From Eukaryota sp. GEM-RC1 (Eukaryota): a stretch of 64,000 bases of DNA. A program made the translations under genes and the position numbers. Location of the stretch: contig JAUFOQ010000005.1 in assembly GCA_040285855.1 (NCBI GenBank), positions 2,108,001 through 2,172,000 on the forward strand, given 5' to 3'. The stretch's first letter is position 1; every line of letters begins with the position of its first letter. Below the pieces are notes generated by a model that ran no database searches, was not told the DNA's origin, and worked only from the letters and a program-made list of their open reading frames with translations. Shown here piece by piece: positions 27,537 to 41,599 of this stretch.

Positions 27537-27987
27537 ACTTCTGCAGATATCTGCGGACTTTTGACCTTTAGCCTTAAATTTGGATAGGATCATTTGAATG
27601 GGTATTTTTTGTTTTGTTATTTGATTCAATGGTGGGAGTAACTTCCATCATTATATTGAGAATTTCAATTATTAAACAATTGTTCATGTGAACCTCTAAT
27701 TTTATTTACTTTTAATCAAGTTTTACTAACATATAATATAATGACTTTCACACCGTCGTGATCACGTGATCGATAACAGCACTTTTCCATGACCTTGCAA
27801 TAGATTGAAAGGATCACAGCACTTGCGAAGGAATTAAATCTTATAAATTTTGTTGTAAGATTCCACAGTTAAGCAAGACTGTCAAACTCAGCCACAAATG
27901 GATTAATGAAGAAACTGTCATTGTTTCTGAGAATTAGCTTTCTAATTACAGGGTGATGCTCATTAATATTCTTCAAATGTGTAAAAT

Positions 27988-29040
27988 CTACCCTAATTGT
28001 AGAACAGTAAAGCTTGAGCAAATCAAAAATTCGTTGTAAGGCATAAAATCTCCAGATAATACGGTTGGAAAGACGGACATTGCAAAGCAATCACGAAGCA
28101 AGAAAGAAACAGCAGAGCGTAGTCTGCCAGTCTGCCTTTGAAAAACCAAAACTCCTACATACAGAAAGACTGCAGCTGCATGATCTGAAAATTCCGTCTT
28201 TGCTACAAGATTTGGTAGACTAATTCGGCCAGATAGTTCTTTGAATGTCTGTTGAAAGTGAAGAAGAAAACCTGGAATACTGTAAGGATCATACAAATAC
28301 TTCCAAGTAGAAAGTTGGAGTTGTTCGCCTGAACAGTTCTTAAAAAGCTGTTCACTTCTGGGACTGAGTTCATTAGGAGCCAAATCAGCAGACGAACATT
28401 GCTTCCATTGTAGTCCCATTGGACGAACAATTGAAGCAACAACAAACAGAATTCTAAGGGGTCCGTTTGTTAAAGAGTTGAAAGTTTGACGCTTCAACAG
28501 TTTGTCCTTTAATGTTTTGAGAACCACGTCATTAACATACACTATTACATTCTGAATTGCAGACTTATGAATAAACGAAATTAGTTTTTTCTGTTCTTTA
28601 GCGTCATCAGTATTAATGACAAATGAAGTGTAATCTTTGGTAGCTCCTATTACTGCCAATGAAGATAGAATGGCCGTATAACATCCGCTGCAACGATCAG
28701 GTTTCATAATATTGAACACACCAAGGGACCAACCGTTTTGATCAAAAACAGTTGTTCTAGCAGAATGTAAGTGCGTAATTTCACAATGTTGAGGAATGGA
28801 AGAATTTTCACCAAACAGAGCATATTGTGGCTTTTCTCCTGAAATAAACCGTTCAAACCATGGTAATTGATCATTCAAAGATTGACTGTCGTCAGAATAA
28901 TAAGAAGTAAATATTGTTAGAATATGTTGGTTTTTGGACGCAGATCCGATGACTGCTGGTTTGTTTGTTAATGCAATGTCGAAAATTCCGTCACTCCATT
29001 TTTCGAATTTCCCACTTTTGGGGCAACTGTATGTCTTCAA
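27988..29040 (-). CDS. Hypothetical protein or fragment (350-aa ORF)
   Basis: Long ORF without an ATG start; no family recognised. Confidence 0.45.
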   Translation of the reverse strand: MKTYSCPKSGKFEKWSDGIFDIALTNKPAVIGSASKNQHILTIFTSYYSDDSQSLNDQLPWFERFISGEKPQYALFGENSSIPQHCEITHLHSARTTVFDQNGWSLGVFNIMKPDRCSGCYTAILSSLAVIGATKDYTSFVINTDDAKEQKKLISFIHKSAIQNVIVYVNDVVLKTLKDKLLKRQTFNSLTNGPLRILFVVASIVRPMGLQWKQCSSADLAPNELSPRSEQLFKNCSGEQLQLSTWKYLYDPYSIPGFLLHFQQTFKELSGRISLPNLVAKTEFSDHAAAVFLYVGVLVFQRQTGRLRSAVSFLLRDCFAMSVFPTVLSGDFMPYNEFLICSSFTVLQLG

Positions 29041-29917
29041 TCCAACTTCTCTGAGCAGCTGGTCAATTCAGGATTTTCCAGTTCAAAAATTCGAATTAGT
29101 TCTAGGGAAATCCTACCTTTATAGAAATCTTTATGAAGGTTGTAACAGAGAAAACATCTTTCAACATCGAAATTCCAAATTAAAGTAAAGTAAAGTAATT
29201 TACTTTACTTTCGCAATAAAGTTACTCTAAGGTCAATAAAATACCACCTCATCTCAATCATCTTTTCATGAGTTTTTGTAATAAATATTCATATTTAGTT
29301 TCCTCGCCTCCTATATGCATAACTTCACATTCTTCCGAAAATGGAGGTCAGTTTGTCACACTCTTGAAGTTTGTGCATGGTTTTACTCCAAGCTCTGTGG
29401 AACAACTCACTCGGTAAACCTATGGCTATCTAGGGACACAATGTTGCAAATCTTGAAACCAAAAGATCCGTTCAGCTTTGCTTTGCCATCAACAACGCTG
29501 AAAATTTGCCATTCCAAAGCCATTCCAAATCTAGAAAGAGGCATTCCATGTTAATAGTAAAAGACAAGCACTCACTTGCTTGGTGTTTAGTATGTTGTAG
29601 TTTTTGGTGAGTTTCTACAATAAAGATTGGGTAATGATCGCTTTATTGGACATCTGTGATCACCAGACTAACATTGAAGTTTTGTTACTTTACTTATTTT
29701 GGACGTTGCAAGTAAAGTAAAGTAAAATGAAAAAGTAAAGTAAAGTGACTAAAGTACTTTATCACTTTAGTGAAGCCTGGTGTAGAATATGTATTATAAA
29801 AGAATGATGTGAACAAAAGAACAGTTTGTTCGTTTGTCATTCAGGCGATGTGATTTCGGAGAAATAGTCCAGGTTTAGGTGACACAGCTCAAAATGATAT
29901 TCAATTTTCTTTGCTTG

Positions 29918-31818
29918 ATGGAATCTTCATTATCTACAGGTGATCCTACTGCCAGCGTGATCACTGCTGAACTCTCAAATGATTCAACTAACTGTTTCGA
30001 ATTTGAATCGGCAGATTCAACTGTTTTCTGCGTGGATTGTAAAGCCAGTTACTGTCCTGATTGTTCAAAGGTCGTACACAGACCAAAAGCTTTCCAGTCG
30101 CACAACATAGTGGATCCATCTCAAAAATCGATCTTCGTGCGTTGCCCTCATCACACAGAACATTCCTTAGAGCATTTCTGTACTCTTTGTAACATCTCTC
30201 TTTGTGTTTCATGTGGTCTTACTGATGGGCATCATCTCCACCCCAACTCCCTTGTTAACTTGTCCAAGATCCAAAATGTCTTCCTGAATCACAATACTTC
30301 ACTCCAAGAAACTCTAGATTCTTCTTGCAACACCCTCAAAAGGTATAAAGAAGAAGTTCAAAACAAAGTGATCAAGACCTTGACAGATATTCATTCTTCG
30401 TTTGTTAGTATTTCCAATCACCTCATCAACCAGTCTGAGAACAAACTTGTTTCACTTTCACAATGTCGTACTGTCAACACAGAACTTGATGTTGATGAAA
30501 GCTACAGAGTCAACTTAATCACCTCCATTGATGATCTTGTTGTCTCTCTCAATGAATGCAAGGAAACCTTTTCTCTCAACTTTAAAGGCATGCTTACGGA
30601 AATTGAAAAGTATCATTTTGGCGTCTTGTGTGATACGTTTAGTAAAGATCTGTTGGATCTGACTCAATTTATTTTGCCTTTTTCTCTTAAGACTTCTGTA
30701 CTGAACGTCTTTCTTGGACAACCAGCTGATTTAACTAACATCGACTTGGAAGTTCTATTACCTCTTGAACTTGATCTTACTTTGAAACAAATGATTGTGG
30801 ACAGATTTGCTAACACTGTGGATGTTGTTGAATCTTGTTTCCTGTCTTGGTTGATGTTTCATCACCCTACCTCTCTAACAGACATTGCTGTAGAACTATT
30901 CAAAACCAAGACTACTTTTTCATCTATTTCGAGTTTTGATTTTTCCAGTATTTTAAATTTTGCAATTGACCGCTTAGATTCAAAACTTTTCTTTTTGTTA
31001 CTTGACCAGTTTAGTTTTGACTTCAGACCCACTGCACTTACCGTTCCAATTTCCCTGTTGACTGATGGTACGTTGACAAATCCTATCAGCGAAGTAAAAG
31101 CTGATTGGTTGGAGAGGGTTATCATTAGAAGTAGATCTGAAGGAGATGCTAGAGAGTTGAAAAGTGGGTTAGTTCAAAGACTATTGGGAAGGAAAATGGT
31201 GATTCGTGTGTGGGTGTGTAGCAGATCTTCTAACTTTAAATCGTACGAAAAGTACTTCCAACAAGCACTTTTTTTCAACGTAATGGGGGTGATATTTCTG
31301 TTGCCATTGAACAAATACAGAATTTTGACTTGGATTGTTTCGATGTTATTACTTTTGATAGCTTTATTGATTCAGGTTATGATGCAGACAAGATTTTAGA
31401 ATCTGGGCAAGGACTCATGGTTGTAAGGAAGTATATTGGTAAGGTCCATGGATCATTTTCTCATTCCATTCTCAACAATCATGATTGTAAGATCACAACT
31501 AATCCTTACTCTCAACAGCTGTTCATTAGTGATCCTACCGATCCTATTGTGCTTAATGTCACTTCCTTACCCGTTGGTAGGAGTACTTGTGGTCTTCTTG
31601 ACACAGATGCAGTTGTTGTCACTAATTTCAATCATATGTTACCTACGATTGTCAGAAAAGAAGTTGCAAGTGGAAGACTTGTGGAGCTTGGTCCAGCTCG
31701 TATCAGATTGGAGGGGTGTCCTAGAGATAGCAGTGTTCCTTGGAATAAGGGCTTGACTACTGAAGATCATTATCTTATTCTAGCGAACGCTGTTCTTTGG
31801 TGCAGTAAAATGTTGTAA
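29918..31818 (+). CDS. Double B-box zinc-finger protein; frameshift in the T-run near 31270
   Basis: FCVDCKASYCPDCSKVVH and CPHHTEHSLEHFCTLCNISLCVSC..H..H; ORF 31330-31818 continues after the homopolymer. Confidence 0.75.
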
Positions 31819-32085
31819 TTGACTGCAAAACCAATCTGGAAAGCTGACTACTTAGCAATAAAGATTTTACTGAGAACAACCCAATTTTAAATAATCGTAA
31901 AAAAAACGAAGAAACCTTTATTATAACTTATCGTCCATCTGTTGGTCCAAAGCTTTACTGGTAGTGGGCTCCTTTTATGAGGATAAAGATGGGTAACACT
32001 TGATAGTGATGAGAATGTAACCAAAAAAATCTTTATATTTATTGGATTATTTAATGTGTGATGGAACAATAAATATACTGCTCAA

Positions 32086-32274
32086 TCATATTTTGTATTG
32101 GACAACACTACTGGCTTGCATTGTTGCATTTTTCCAAAATAGCGTTGACAATGTAGGGTAGGCGTTGTGATTTAAGATCCAATAGTGTAAAGGATTGGAC
32201 GAAACACCACAAGTAGCTTCTGTGACATACTTGTTAAACTCCGCACACACTGCTCTTCGCTGTAAATTTACCAT
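32086..32274 (-). mobile_element. hAT transposase C-terminal dimerisation-domain remnant
   Basis: EFNKY...NPLHYW....YPTLS.....QASSV. Confidence 0.65.
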
Positions 32275-32540
32275 TAAGAAAGGTAAATTTAGCTAAGTAA
32301 AAGGTAAATTTGATCTTTTAACACTTGCGTTGTTACGTGGCTTTTAGTTGACCATTACATAACACTATTGGAATACTTCATCCAACGTTCCCTATATGGG
32401 GTGAACAAGTGCATTTATGTAGTAATAAAAAGGGAATAAAATGTAAGTTCATTCAGTTCAGTTCAGTTCATGGAGGTGTGAACTGAACTAGTTCACAGAG
32501 ATGAGTTGAACTAATTAACATTCCTAATAAATAGTGAACA

Positions 32541-33884
32541 ATGTATCTCCTCCTCAGTCTTAGTCTACTCATCTTTCTTGCCACTGCTGATATACCAGCT
32601 GCGTGCTTTGTTGAACATTCTTTTGGTCCTTGGGAATTAGTTTTATCTAAACCCCAGTTATCTCCTGTTGAGAAATGCACTTCAGACATCCTTCCTTACG
32701 ATCGTCTTCGTCTCATCTTGGAAGAACCCAACGTAGCTCATCTTGGAACACAAAAGGGTACCTGGACTCTTGTGTATAACCAAGGTATCGGCATTGAAGT
32801 AGCTCAAATGTCATTCTTCTTCTTCTTCGATTACGAACAAAAGGACAACGAAGTCACGTCATTCTGTGATCGCTCAGGAAGAGTCCATGGAGGATGGTAC
32901 CACAACCTTAAAACTAACGAATACGGTTGTATTCATGCAATCAGAAAGTCCTATGTTCCTCCTCTCCCCTGGGAAGTTAGAAATATTCCCTTTATAGATA
33001 ATTCTCTCGACCAAACCCCCTTCAGCTACTCCGTTAACCCCTCAAGTAATGCTGATCACGTCACCCTCAACGGTCCCAAAAAGCTTCGATTCTACAAACA
33101 AGTTGACCCAATGAATATGTTCTACAACGACCAATCTCACCCTAACGGTCTTCCCGTTGAGTTCAATTGGTTGGACCATGAAGGAATTGTTCCTGAAGTC
33201 CGTAACCAACAACACTGTGGTTCTTGCTACGCCTTTGGCCACACTGCTGCCATGATGGCTAGAATCCGAATCAAATCTGATGGGAAGAAGTCACCAATTC
33301 TCTCCACTCAACACGTTGTTTCCTGTGGTGCATACACGCAAGGTTGTGAAGGTGGTTTTGGATATACAGTAAGTCGGTTTGCTTTTGAAACTGGTATAGT
33401 AGAAGAAGAACACTTTCCTTATGTAGCTAGAGATGATCCTTGTGATGATGTGTCAGAATTCAAACATTGGAAAGTCAAGTCCTATGGAATTGTAGGTAAC
33501 TATTATGGTAATACTTCAGAGGAAGCAATGATGAGAGAATTAGTTGAAAATGGACCTTTTGCTGTTTCCTTCACTGTGCCAACTACTTCTGAAGGTAAGA
33601 AACATCCTTCATTTGATCACTACAAGTCCGGTGTTTACATGTTTAATGAGACTCCCATTGGAAGACATGGAATAGCCTATGTTGAGACTAATCATGTCGT
33701 GGCTATTGTTGGATATGGAGTTGAGAATGGGTTGAAGTATTGGTTAGTTCAAAATTCTTGGGGAGAGACTTGGGGGGCTCAAGGATATTTTAAAATTGTT
33801 AGAGGAATTGATAATCTTGGTATTGAGTCATTGGCTGGAAGTAATGGATCCTATTGTTTAAACAGTTGTGGTAAATCAGTCTAG
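32541..33884 (+). CDS. CTSC: Cathepsin C (dipeptidyl peptidase I), papain family C1
   Basis: Signal peptide; exclusion domain DIPAAC..GTWTLVYNQG; catalytic QQHCGSCYAF, TNHVV, QNSWG. Confidence 0.92.
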   Translation: MYLLLSLSLLIFLATADIPAACFVEHSFGPWELVLSKPQLSPVEKCTSDILPYDRLRLILEEPNVAHLGTQKGTWTLVYNQGIGIEVAQMSFFFFFDYEQKDNEVTSFCDRSGRVHGGWYHNLKTNEYGCIHAIRKSYVPPLPWEVRNIPFIDNSLDQTPFSYSVNPSSNADHVTLNGPKKLRFYKQVDPMNMFYNDQSHPNGLPVEFNWLDHEGIVPEVRNQQHCGSCYAFGHTAAMMARIRIKSDGKKSPILSTQHVVSCGAYTQGCEGGFGYTVSRFAFETGIVEEEHFPYVARDDPCDDVSEFKHWKVKSYGIVGNYYGNTSEEAMMRELVENGPFAVSFTVPTTSEGKKHPSFDHYKSGVYMFNETPIGRHGIAYVETNHVVAIVGYGVENGLKYWLVQNSWGETWGAQGYFKIVRGIDNLGIESLAGSNGSYCLNSCGKSV

Positions 33885-34804
33885 ATTTAGTCATTTATTT
33901 ATTTGTTTATAAATTGTTGGAGAGAGTTTAATGTAAAGATTCCCAAGAGAATTTTGAAGGAGCTATAATCATTACCAAATCTGGTTTCGAATCCCAACAA
34001 ACAACTCTTTTTGAAATCTCGTTTCGTTGCCATTTTAAATAGACGTTATTGATCTGAATTATTTAAGATCATACGTCTTTTCAGAGTAGATTCTGATCAT
34101 AGATTGATGAAAAGAACTTTTAAAAATTTCAACCTCGACCATACCAGGGCGATACAGAAGGATAGGAATATCTTCATGTTGGGAATTTTTTTCAGCAAAA
34201 GTGTTGATTGCAATAATTTATTGATCCTCAAAAAAGATGGCAATTAATTGGCAATACAATTTTTCCAAGTCCTGTACAAGTATCCCTAAAGGAAAGTATA
34301 TGTTTGCAAGGAAATCAGATAGAGATCAACAACAGCAACCAAGGGGAAAAATGTGGTGTGAGAAAGATATTTTCTAACCTATCTCTTCTACAAATAGAAC
34401 AAGACTACGGAATCGGGGGGAAGAACTTCGTTGCCATCCAGAATGTTCAGAAATCGGAGGATGTAGGTCTTCCCTCTCCTTGGTGTTGACTCTGGTGGTT
34501 TTGATGTATCTTATTGATCATAATTTAAAATGTGTATAACATGTTCATTGTTTGAATCCAAGTTTGGAAACTTGTAACTATTGGACGTAGACTCTGGCAA
34601 ATTTCCCAGAAAAAGACGGTAAAAATCGGAACAAAAACAAGAAAATAAGGTTTACCGTTGCTTCATCTGTCTGACATCAGTACGTAACTCATCCACAGTC
34701 TTAGTTAAAGCAGTCAGATTTCTGGTTAGATCAGACACAGCCATCTCTAGAGCAACAAGTGAGTTGGTTTCAACGGCACAATTCTCAACGTGTAGGGACA
34801 TGAG

Positions 34805-35507
34805 CAGGGGTACTCAAAATTGAATTGACAATTAATTGGTTCTCAAATTATTGGAAACAATTAATATTGCAATTAGTGCAATTAATTGGCAATTAATTGA
34901 CCAATTAATCAGTTATTGTTTATGAAAAGAAAATCGTAAATTATAATACTAAATTCCAAATACAATCGTATTCCGCATACAAATTTGCTTCGCCAATCTT
35001 CGTTAAAACTTCCCTTCCCACAACAAAGGGATTTTGTACCCCTCATTTATTTTCCTTAAGAGAATGTCTGCTGACAGAAATCGATCGCTTTCCATCTGTC
35101 TCACCATTATCAACATTGACGGCATTGCTGGGCAGAGCCATTGTTCGACACTTTGAAAAGTTTTCAGTTATGTTGGTGGTGTCTTGTTATTGCTATATAC
35201 ATTTGTAAATTGAAATACATAAGTCAAAAAAGATTTCACTTCGTCTGAATGGTCTTATGTAGACACACTTTATGAGATTTCGTTAAAAAACTTTCTGGTC
35301 ACACACATTTATTAAAGCTAGATTGATTACTTTTCGCATTTCAATAATTGTTCTGCACCATATTCAGAACAAACTGATTAGACCAATAACTGGTTAATTG
35401 GTCAATTAATTGCCAATTAATTGGTGGGGTATGACGATCGACCAATTAATATTGCAATTAATTGATTGGCAATAACTGAATTGGCAATTCAATTTTGAGT
35501 ACCCCTG
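34805..35507. mobile_element. hAT-type MITE
   Basis: TIR caggggtactcaaaattgaattg at both ends; perfect 8-bp TSD gacatgag (34797-34804, 35508-35515); subterminal caattaattg palindromes. Confidence 0.92.
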
Positions 35508-38193
35508 GACATGAGACTAAAGAAATTCACTATGATTCATCTACAGACTTCTCATCTCCCGTCTTTTCCTTGTAATTGTATCAGCTCGCAAGAGAATGGT
35601 AGGCTAGATCCATCTATCACATCATTACTGATCGCTTGTTGTCAATCCCCGTCCAACTCCTCATAAATGCACTAATCTGCTGAATTATTGTGAATTATTA
35701 TCCTTCAAAGACATCACATCCGAACTATCCTACAACAAATATCTTGGCTACGACGCTATCTACATATTTCCCATCCCTGACAACCACAAGGATCCCTATT
35801 ATAGATCCAACGGTTGGAGCTACTATCAACATTAACCCTTTCTTTAGCTCACAACATGACCTCTGTTGTGAGCAGACCAACTCTATCCCGTCAGCACGTA
35901 CTCTTCTTACTCTTGACATCTGAGCGATGCTCTGTCATTTCTTCAGTACTTGTACGCTGTAGTTTGTCTCACAATGAATTGTGTGGTTCTTCGTCCCAGC
36001 CCTCTCCCTCAAGTAACTCAAAGTAACTCTATCTACTCCCTCAGTTCAAGCAATGGAACACGACTCCTTACTTCCTCCTTGCTCAGCTGAAGATGGTCTT
36101 CTTGCTATCATCATCGTTGTTACTCGTCCTCTCTTTCAAATCCTCTTCTCCCATCAACATATCTCTTTTTCAAGACAAGAGAGCTATCAAGACCTTGATG
36201 ACCTTGATCTTCAGGACGATACTCGCTAGCGGTCAAGATCTTGGACTTTTGTAACCGATACAGAAGTTTGTTCAGCAGAAGGTGAATGTTTTGTTCTACA
36301 AGACATTTACCTGTGCTTTCTCAGGCTCATCTTTAGTCCTTAAAAATGAACTTAATGCTCAATGATTCCACCTATAGCTAGTATACCAGCTGTATTTAGA
36401 AACATTGACCAACTCCTGCCCCATTTGACTTCTGAATCTCAATCATTAGTTGAAGATCCATTAGAGGTAATCAAACCGTTTCTTCTTCCAATTATGTGAT
36501 CCTTTGCTCGTTTTCTTGGTTTTAATCTTGTTCTTCTCCATCGAATCACTCAATTAAGGTCGATTATCTGCTTTTGATATGTTTGAAAAGAAGCTGCTGA
36601 CAAAGTACAAACCATACCTAACTACCAGTTTTCTGCCACGTGGCAGTTCGTCTACTGCTATCCACTGAAACCAAATTGTGAATTAAACATGAAAATTAAA
36701 TATAACGAAAACTACCTATAGCAAAGGTTCTCGTTTCAAAATGTCAAGTTCTTTTCAATTGCCTCTTGAACTGCTTAGGCATTAGACATGCAAATCAATC
36801 AAAATTCGCCTTGAGAAAGTATATGTAGGTTGTTTCTTCTCTTCAAAAATCTTTTGAGGGCTTCACTTGGCTTTTTGATACTCAACCAAAAATAGGTTAT
36901 TCTACCTACCAATACTATACATCTTTGGTTTTCACTCTAGCTACTCTTTGGACAGGCTCTGTGTGTCTTCTAGGACAAGTTCTCTTGAACTGCTGTTACG
37001 AGGTGTTTTTCAGACATCTTAGAGGATCCCTGTAGAACAAGTTCATGATGATGTTGCCACGACAGTATCTAAAGATACTTCAATAGATTTAGTTGTAACC
37101 TCAAATCACAATAGTGAAAGCAAATTTCATTATTTATTTGGTTAGTTGTAGTAGTTAGGACACTTGTTACGATAATTTTGTTAAGTGTTCAACAATTTTT
37201 TTTATTTGTACTGGGGATTTCAGTTATTATTTTAAAAGAGAGTTGATTGCGCTCTAAGCAATGCTTTACAAACGTCAAATAGTTGAGACCATTTGATTGA
37301 AGTTTTGTAATAATAGCAACTAAGTTGAAAAGTTTTTTCTCTCAACGACAGATTCAGTTTTTCTAATAGTTGTTAAGCTAGTGGTAGAGACTTTTTTTCG
37401 AGGACTTCTGGGTTAATTTCGGTGAAACTTGACGATCAAGAGGTTCTTTGACCTCAACATGTTGCCTACGGTCACGTGAATATAGATCAACTGTTGGTTA
37501 AAGTGTGCCTTCTCCTGTGGTATTTAATGTAATTGCCTTACCTGATTTAAACAGTATAATAACTGTAGATGATTCTTCACAATAGTGCAATTCAGATGGT
37601 TGAAAGAAAGACTCAAATCCAGATTGAACTTTACAGGGTTTGTGTGGGCATCAATTCCTCCACAAATACCACAAAATGTGATAAACAGAAACAAGTTCAT
37701 TTTCTTGATGAAAATACAATCCACCAAAGTAACATAAAGAAACTGTAAAAAAACTAGAACCTTGTTCTTGTGATAAATTACCGACGAATGACTCTTTTTT
37801 GGTTTCCGTTCTAGCCGTCGTGCTTTAGAGTTTTTGACGGATGTTTCAGCTGTTGTAGAATAACTTGATGAAATTTTATTAGTTATTTCCAGAGTTTTAC
37901 GACGAGACGACATACGAGTAGTACTTTCAGAGGTATCAGACAAACTAAAGGCACCTTCTCAGTACAATTGAGATATGGTACAATCATTCTTGATGATAAA
38001 AGAACTGATGAATGGTATCCACTTGATTGGAGATGCCAGGCCTGGTGGAGGAAGCTTGAAGAAATGGGCAGGAAAAGGTCGCAAATCTGATTGTTTGCCG
38101 TGAAAAAACTGGACAAGGAAGAGAGTCCCTCCTTAGGAAGAAGTGTTTCCACCCAGGATTCTATTTCATTGGTACTCTCATGCCCCTCAATGA

Positions 38194-38523
38194 CTAGTAG
38201 TCAGGACAAATTGAGGGTATTGTACTACAGTAACCACAAAAACTATATATCGGACCGCACAGTAAATAGAAATGGTATTCAACAATAAAGTTCTTTAAAC
38301 ACCCCAAAAAGGCACCTTCACGCAAATATTTGGCTTTTGAACAACCAATGCCTGTATAAGAAGTTGAAGACAAACAATGAGCTGGTAGAGTTTCTAAACC
38401 ACCAATCAAATTGCACATAAATTTTGCCCTCAACTTGTTAAAATTTCTTGAAAACTCGCAAGTAACCTTAGGCGGAAGACATCTCGAGTGATCAATCGTA
38501 CCAGCAAAACAAACCTGCAACAT
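38194..38523 (-). mobile_element. Possible internal fragment of a CRE-like non-LTR ORF
   Basis: YTGIG....LREGAFLG resembles the post-RT GGLG...AF motif; weak. Confidence 0.35.
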
Positions 38524-38647
38524 AATAAAAGAAACTTACTTGCAAACATCCAAGTCCAAAATTTGTTTCAAGTGACAGAAAATGGCGTCATTTTAAAGTA
38601 ATTGGGCCAAGATATACAACTGAAACTCTCTTACGGCCAATAATTCC

Positions 38648-39365
38648 CAGGGATAGGAAATATTGGATTGGCAATATATTGATATTGGAAAACAGCTCAC
38701 CAATCAATACAGTATTGGCTCCAATATATTGCCAATATTGCAATATGTAGATTGTATAGTTAATACACTTAAATTAATGAAAGATATCAAAACAAAACCG
38801 ATCAAAATTTTATACTACTTTACTACAAAAAGAAATGTAACAATTTTTTTGCGAACAAATAGTGTAAAGTTTTGAGACTCTGAACTCCATCTCCATCAAC
38901 GATTTCAGCTTCTTCAGACCAGTGGGATTGGCATGCATTTCTAAAAGTGTTCACATTTCAAGGACTTCGATTGAAGTGTAGCCATGACTAATGCTCAAAT
39001 CTTGCTGACGATAAACAAAATCGATTTTGTCCCATACAAAGCTTACTAGTAATGCGAGAAAAACAATCTTTCCACTTCAACAGAAGTTGCAGGAATGAAC
39101 TCTAAGTGTTTCGTTTCCGGATCTCTCCACACACCATTTCCAGGTTTCCTGGTTGTAAATTGTTGACTACAGGGTATAAAAGACCCCACAAACGACTTTG
39201 TTGTCAGGCATGTAAGGGAAGAAGAAGTAAATTTGTTGTTTTATTAGAGACATATTGTATTGGCAATATTGGCAATATATTGATATTGAACAACAGCGGA
39301 TCAATCAATATATATTGATATTGATTGGCAATATGGGATTGGAAATTCAATATTTCCCATCCCTG
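38648..39365 (-). mobile_element. Internally deleted hAT element
   Basis: TIR cagggat(a/g)ggaaatattg; TSD ataattcc/ataatgcc; internal IPATSVEVERLF remnant at ~39060-39100(-). Confidence 0.85.
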
Positions 39366-40492
39366 ATAATGCCACACTTCTTAATTTTGATTCATAAACC
39401 AATTGACTCTGACAGAGTAACAAATCGAACAAAACAGCGGGTAAGCAAATCAAAAGATCCAACCAAATATGTATCATCAGCGTAAGAATAAATTATGAAA
39501 AAATACACTACATTGAACTTATAGTTAGAGAATCTACCCTTATCGGAGCTTTCACATAAATAGTTCTTGTTATTGTGAACACGAAATATTTTACTGTCCT
39601 GAGACCATATCAATGTGTTCCACCATCACCCTCTCTTTGCGTCTGAAAGTCAAACGATGACGGGGCCTTTATGCTGATTCAGTATGACCTGTGATTCTGT
39701 GAGCTATTTTGTATACCAAAGGTATTAGTATAGATACAAAGTCTGTTTCATTCATTTATGAACATCTTTTTCTTTCCCTTAGTACCAGAATGTATCAATT
39801 TGATTCAACTGTGAATAAAGATCTTTACCAACGGAATATCATTGACTGGGGCAGAAAATTTTCGGAAACCTTCAGTTTGTGTACTGAATCAGCAAGAAGC
39901 TGTTCAAACCCTACAAAACTTGTATAGAGATCAGTCACACTTTGGTGAATTAGAATTGTTGTTGCAAATTCAATTTTTAAGTTTCTTAAGTATAAAGCAG
40001 GATTCACAAATCTCCCAGTTGCTGTACAACGGTTGTTACAGTCCGTTCTTTGTTTAAGCTGATAATGGAACACAAAGGGAAGTGATGACATTGTCGAATT
40101 GTTGCTTTATAACACCAATTAGTGTGTTAACGAATAGCTAAAAGTGGTCTAGATTTATCATATACATGTATTTTATTGATGATTTCCTGATTGAAGTACT
40201 AGAGAAACATAGAGAGCTTCGAACAATGACGAAGTCTACAGACATCTCTCTAAAAGAATTGTCGTAAATCTATGTTGCTACTATTTATAGTTGATGTCTA
40301 CATTAACATGTTGATATGTTAATAAATGGGAGTATACGTCACTGACAGCTAGCGTGGTGGCATTAAGAGATATACCGGATTAACTTCATTGCTTCATTGT
40401 ACATCTAGGTTTTATCAGATTTTCTGAGTTTACTACTACTTCAATTGATGATATTCTTTATTTGTAATTGTAAATAAAAGGCGTTTTTTCAG

Positions 40493-41224
40493 ATGGATTT
40501 GAAATACATTCCACTTGTTGGCATCATCACAACGTTAACTGGTGTTGTTATATGTCTTGCATTTGCCCCCTTCTACTATGACGATATGCCAGATCGTATA
40601 TTCTTCATATCTGAAGCTGGAGGAAGATATCCCTTTCTTCCACTCTTCAGCTTCTCTTTGGTACTGGGAGGACTCATCATTGCGGTTGCTTCCTACTTAT
40701 ACTCTCACATTTATGCTTTGCGATCACATGTCTTATCGAAAACAGTCATAAAACTCCTTACTTTGGTTAAACTTCTTGCTGTTGTTGGAGGTATTTCGTT
40801 ATCCCTTGTTGGCTTGATCTCCCTTTATGATAATGAGCCTGTCCATGCTGCTGCTACCCAGGTCTTTTTCATCTCCTCCATGACCAATGTGATCTTAATC
40901 ACGTATCTATCACGTCAACAGTTCAGGACAACGGATGCTAATGGTAGTAATGTTAATGAAACGGTTGTTAAGCGGTGGATCAAGTTCCGAATATCTATCT
41001 GTCTCATTTTGCCTTTCTTTGTTGTTCCATACTTGCTTCTGTCTCCGTCTATAGGATACAGTGGCTCGTTGTCTGTTCGAGTGGTGTTTCAATATTTGTC
41101 TGTTACTACGTTGGTTTCCTTTTTCACTTCCTTCCGACTAGAATTTGATTCAGTATGTATATCACTGAATAATGTTCTCAAAGGTTTTGAACATGTTCTT
41201 GGAAGTGAAACAAGTTCTGTATAA
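40493..41224 (+). CDS. Frag1/DRAM/Sfk1 (TMEM150-like) multi-pass membrane protein
   Basis: About 6 TM segments; FISEAG..P after TM1; conserved H (PVHAAA..FF) before TM4. Confidence 0.7.
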   Translation: MDLKYIPLVGIITTLTGVVICLAFAPFYYDDMPDRIFFISEAGGRYPFLPLFSFSLVLGGLIIAVASYLYSHIYALRSHVLSKTVIKLLTLVKLLAVVGGISLSLVGLISLYDNEPVHAAATQVFFISSMTNVILITYLSRQQFRTTDANGSNVNETVVKRWIKFRISICLILPFFVVPYLLLSPSIGYSGSLSVRVVFQYLSVTTLVSFFTSFRLEFDSVCISLNNVLKGFEHVLGSETSSV

Positions 41225-41599
41225 ATTTCTTCATTTGCATTCCTTTTCTTTTTTCTGATCTTTGAGTGGTAGATTAATGTTGACTCGCTAGTAAGAGTCG
41301 TTACTTAATTGTTACTCTGGTAACCCCACTACTGTGGAGACAGACAATACAAATGTTTAGTTAAAAAGAATACTTCTGAAAGACTTTGTTCACAACTTCA
41401 CAATGTTTAACACAGTGATGTACAAAAATAGTAGCCGTAAATACGGTACATTTTTTCAACTTTGCCGTAAATTATTTCCGTATTTTTACATTTGCCGTAT
41501 TTTACGACAAGTTTGAAACGAAGTGAGAATACGCCAAATACGGAACATTATTTGGGATAATTGCATTTATACCTTTTTCTTTTAAATCTCTTTATTAAA

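Noticed and set aside
29180..29780. MITE with aaagt repeats ending in ...gtgaagcctg
   Set aside because: Looks like a transposon end, but no matching opposite TIR or TSD was found
35516..37500. Degenerate coding sequence
   Set aside because: Coding-like patches with many stops; no family could be supported
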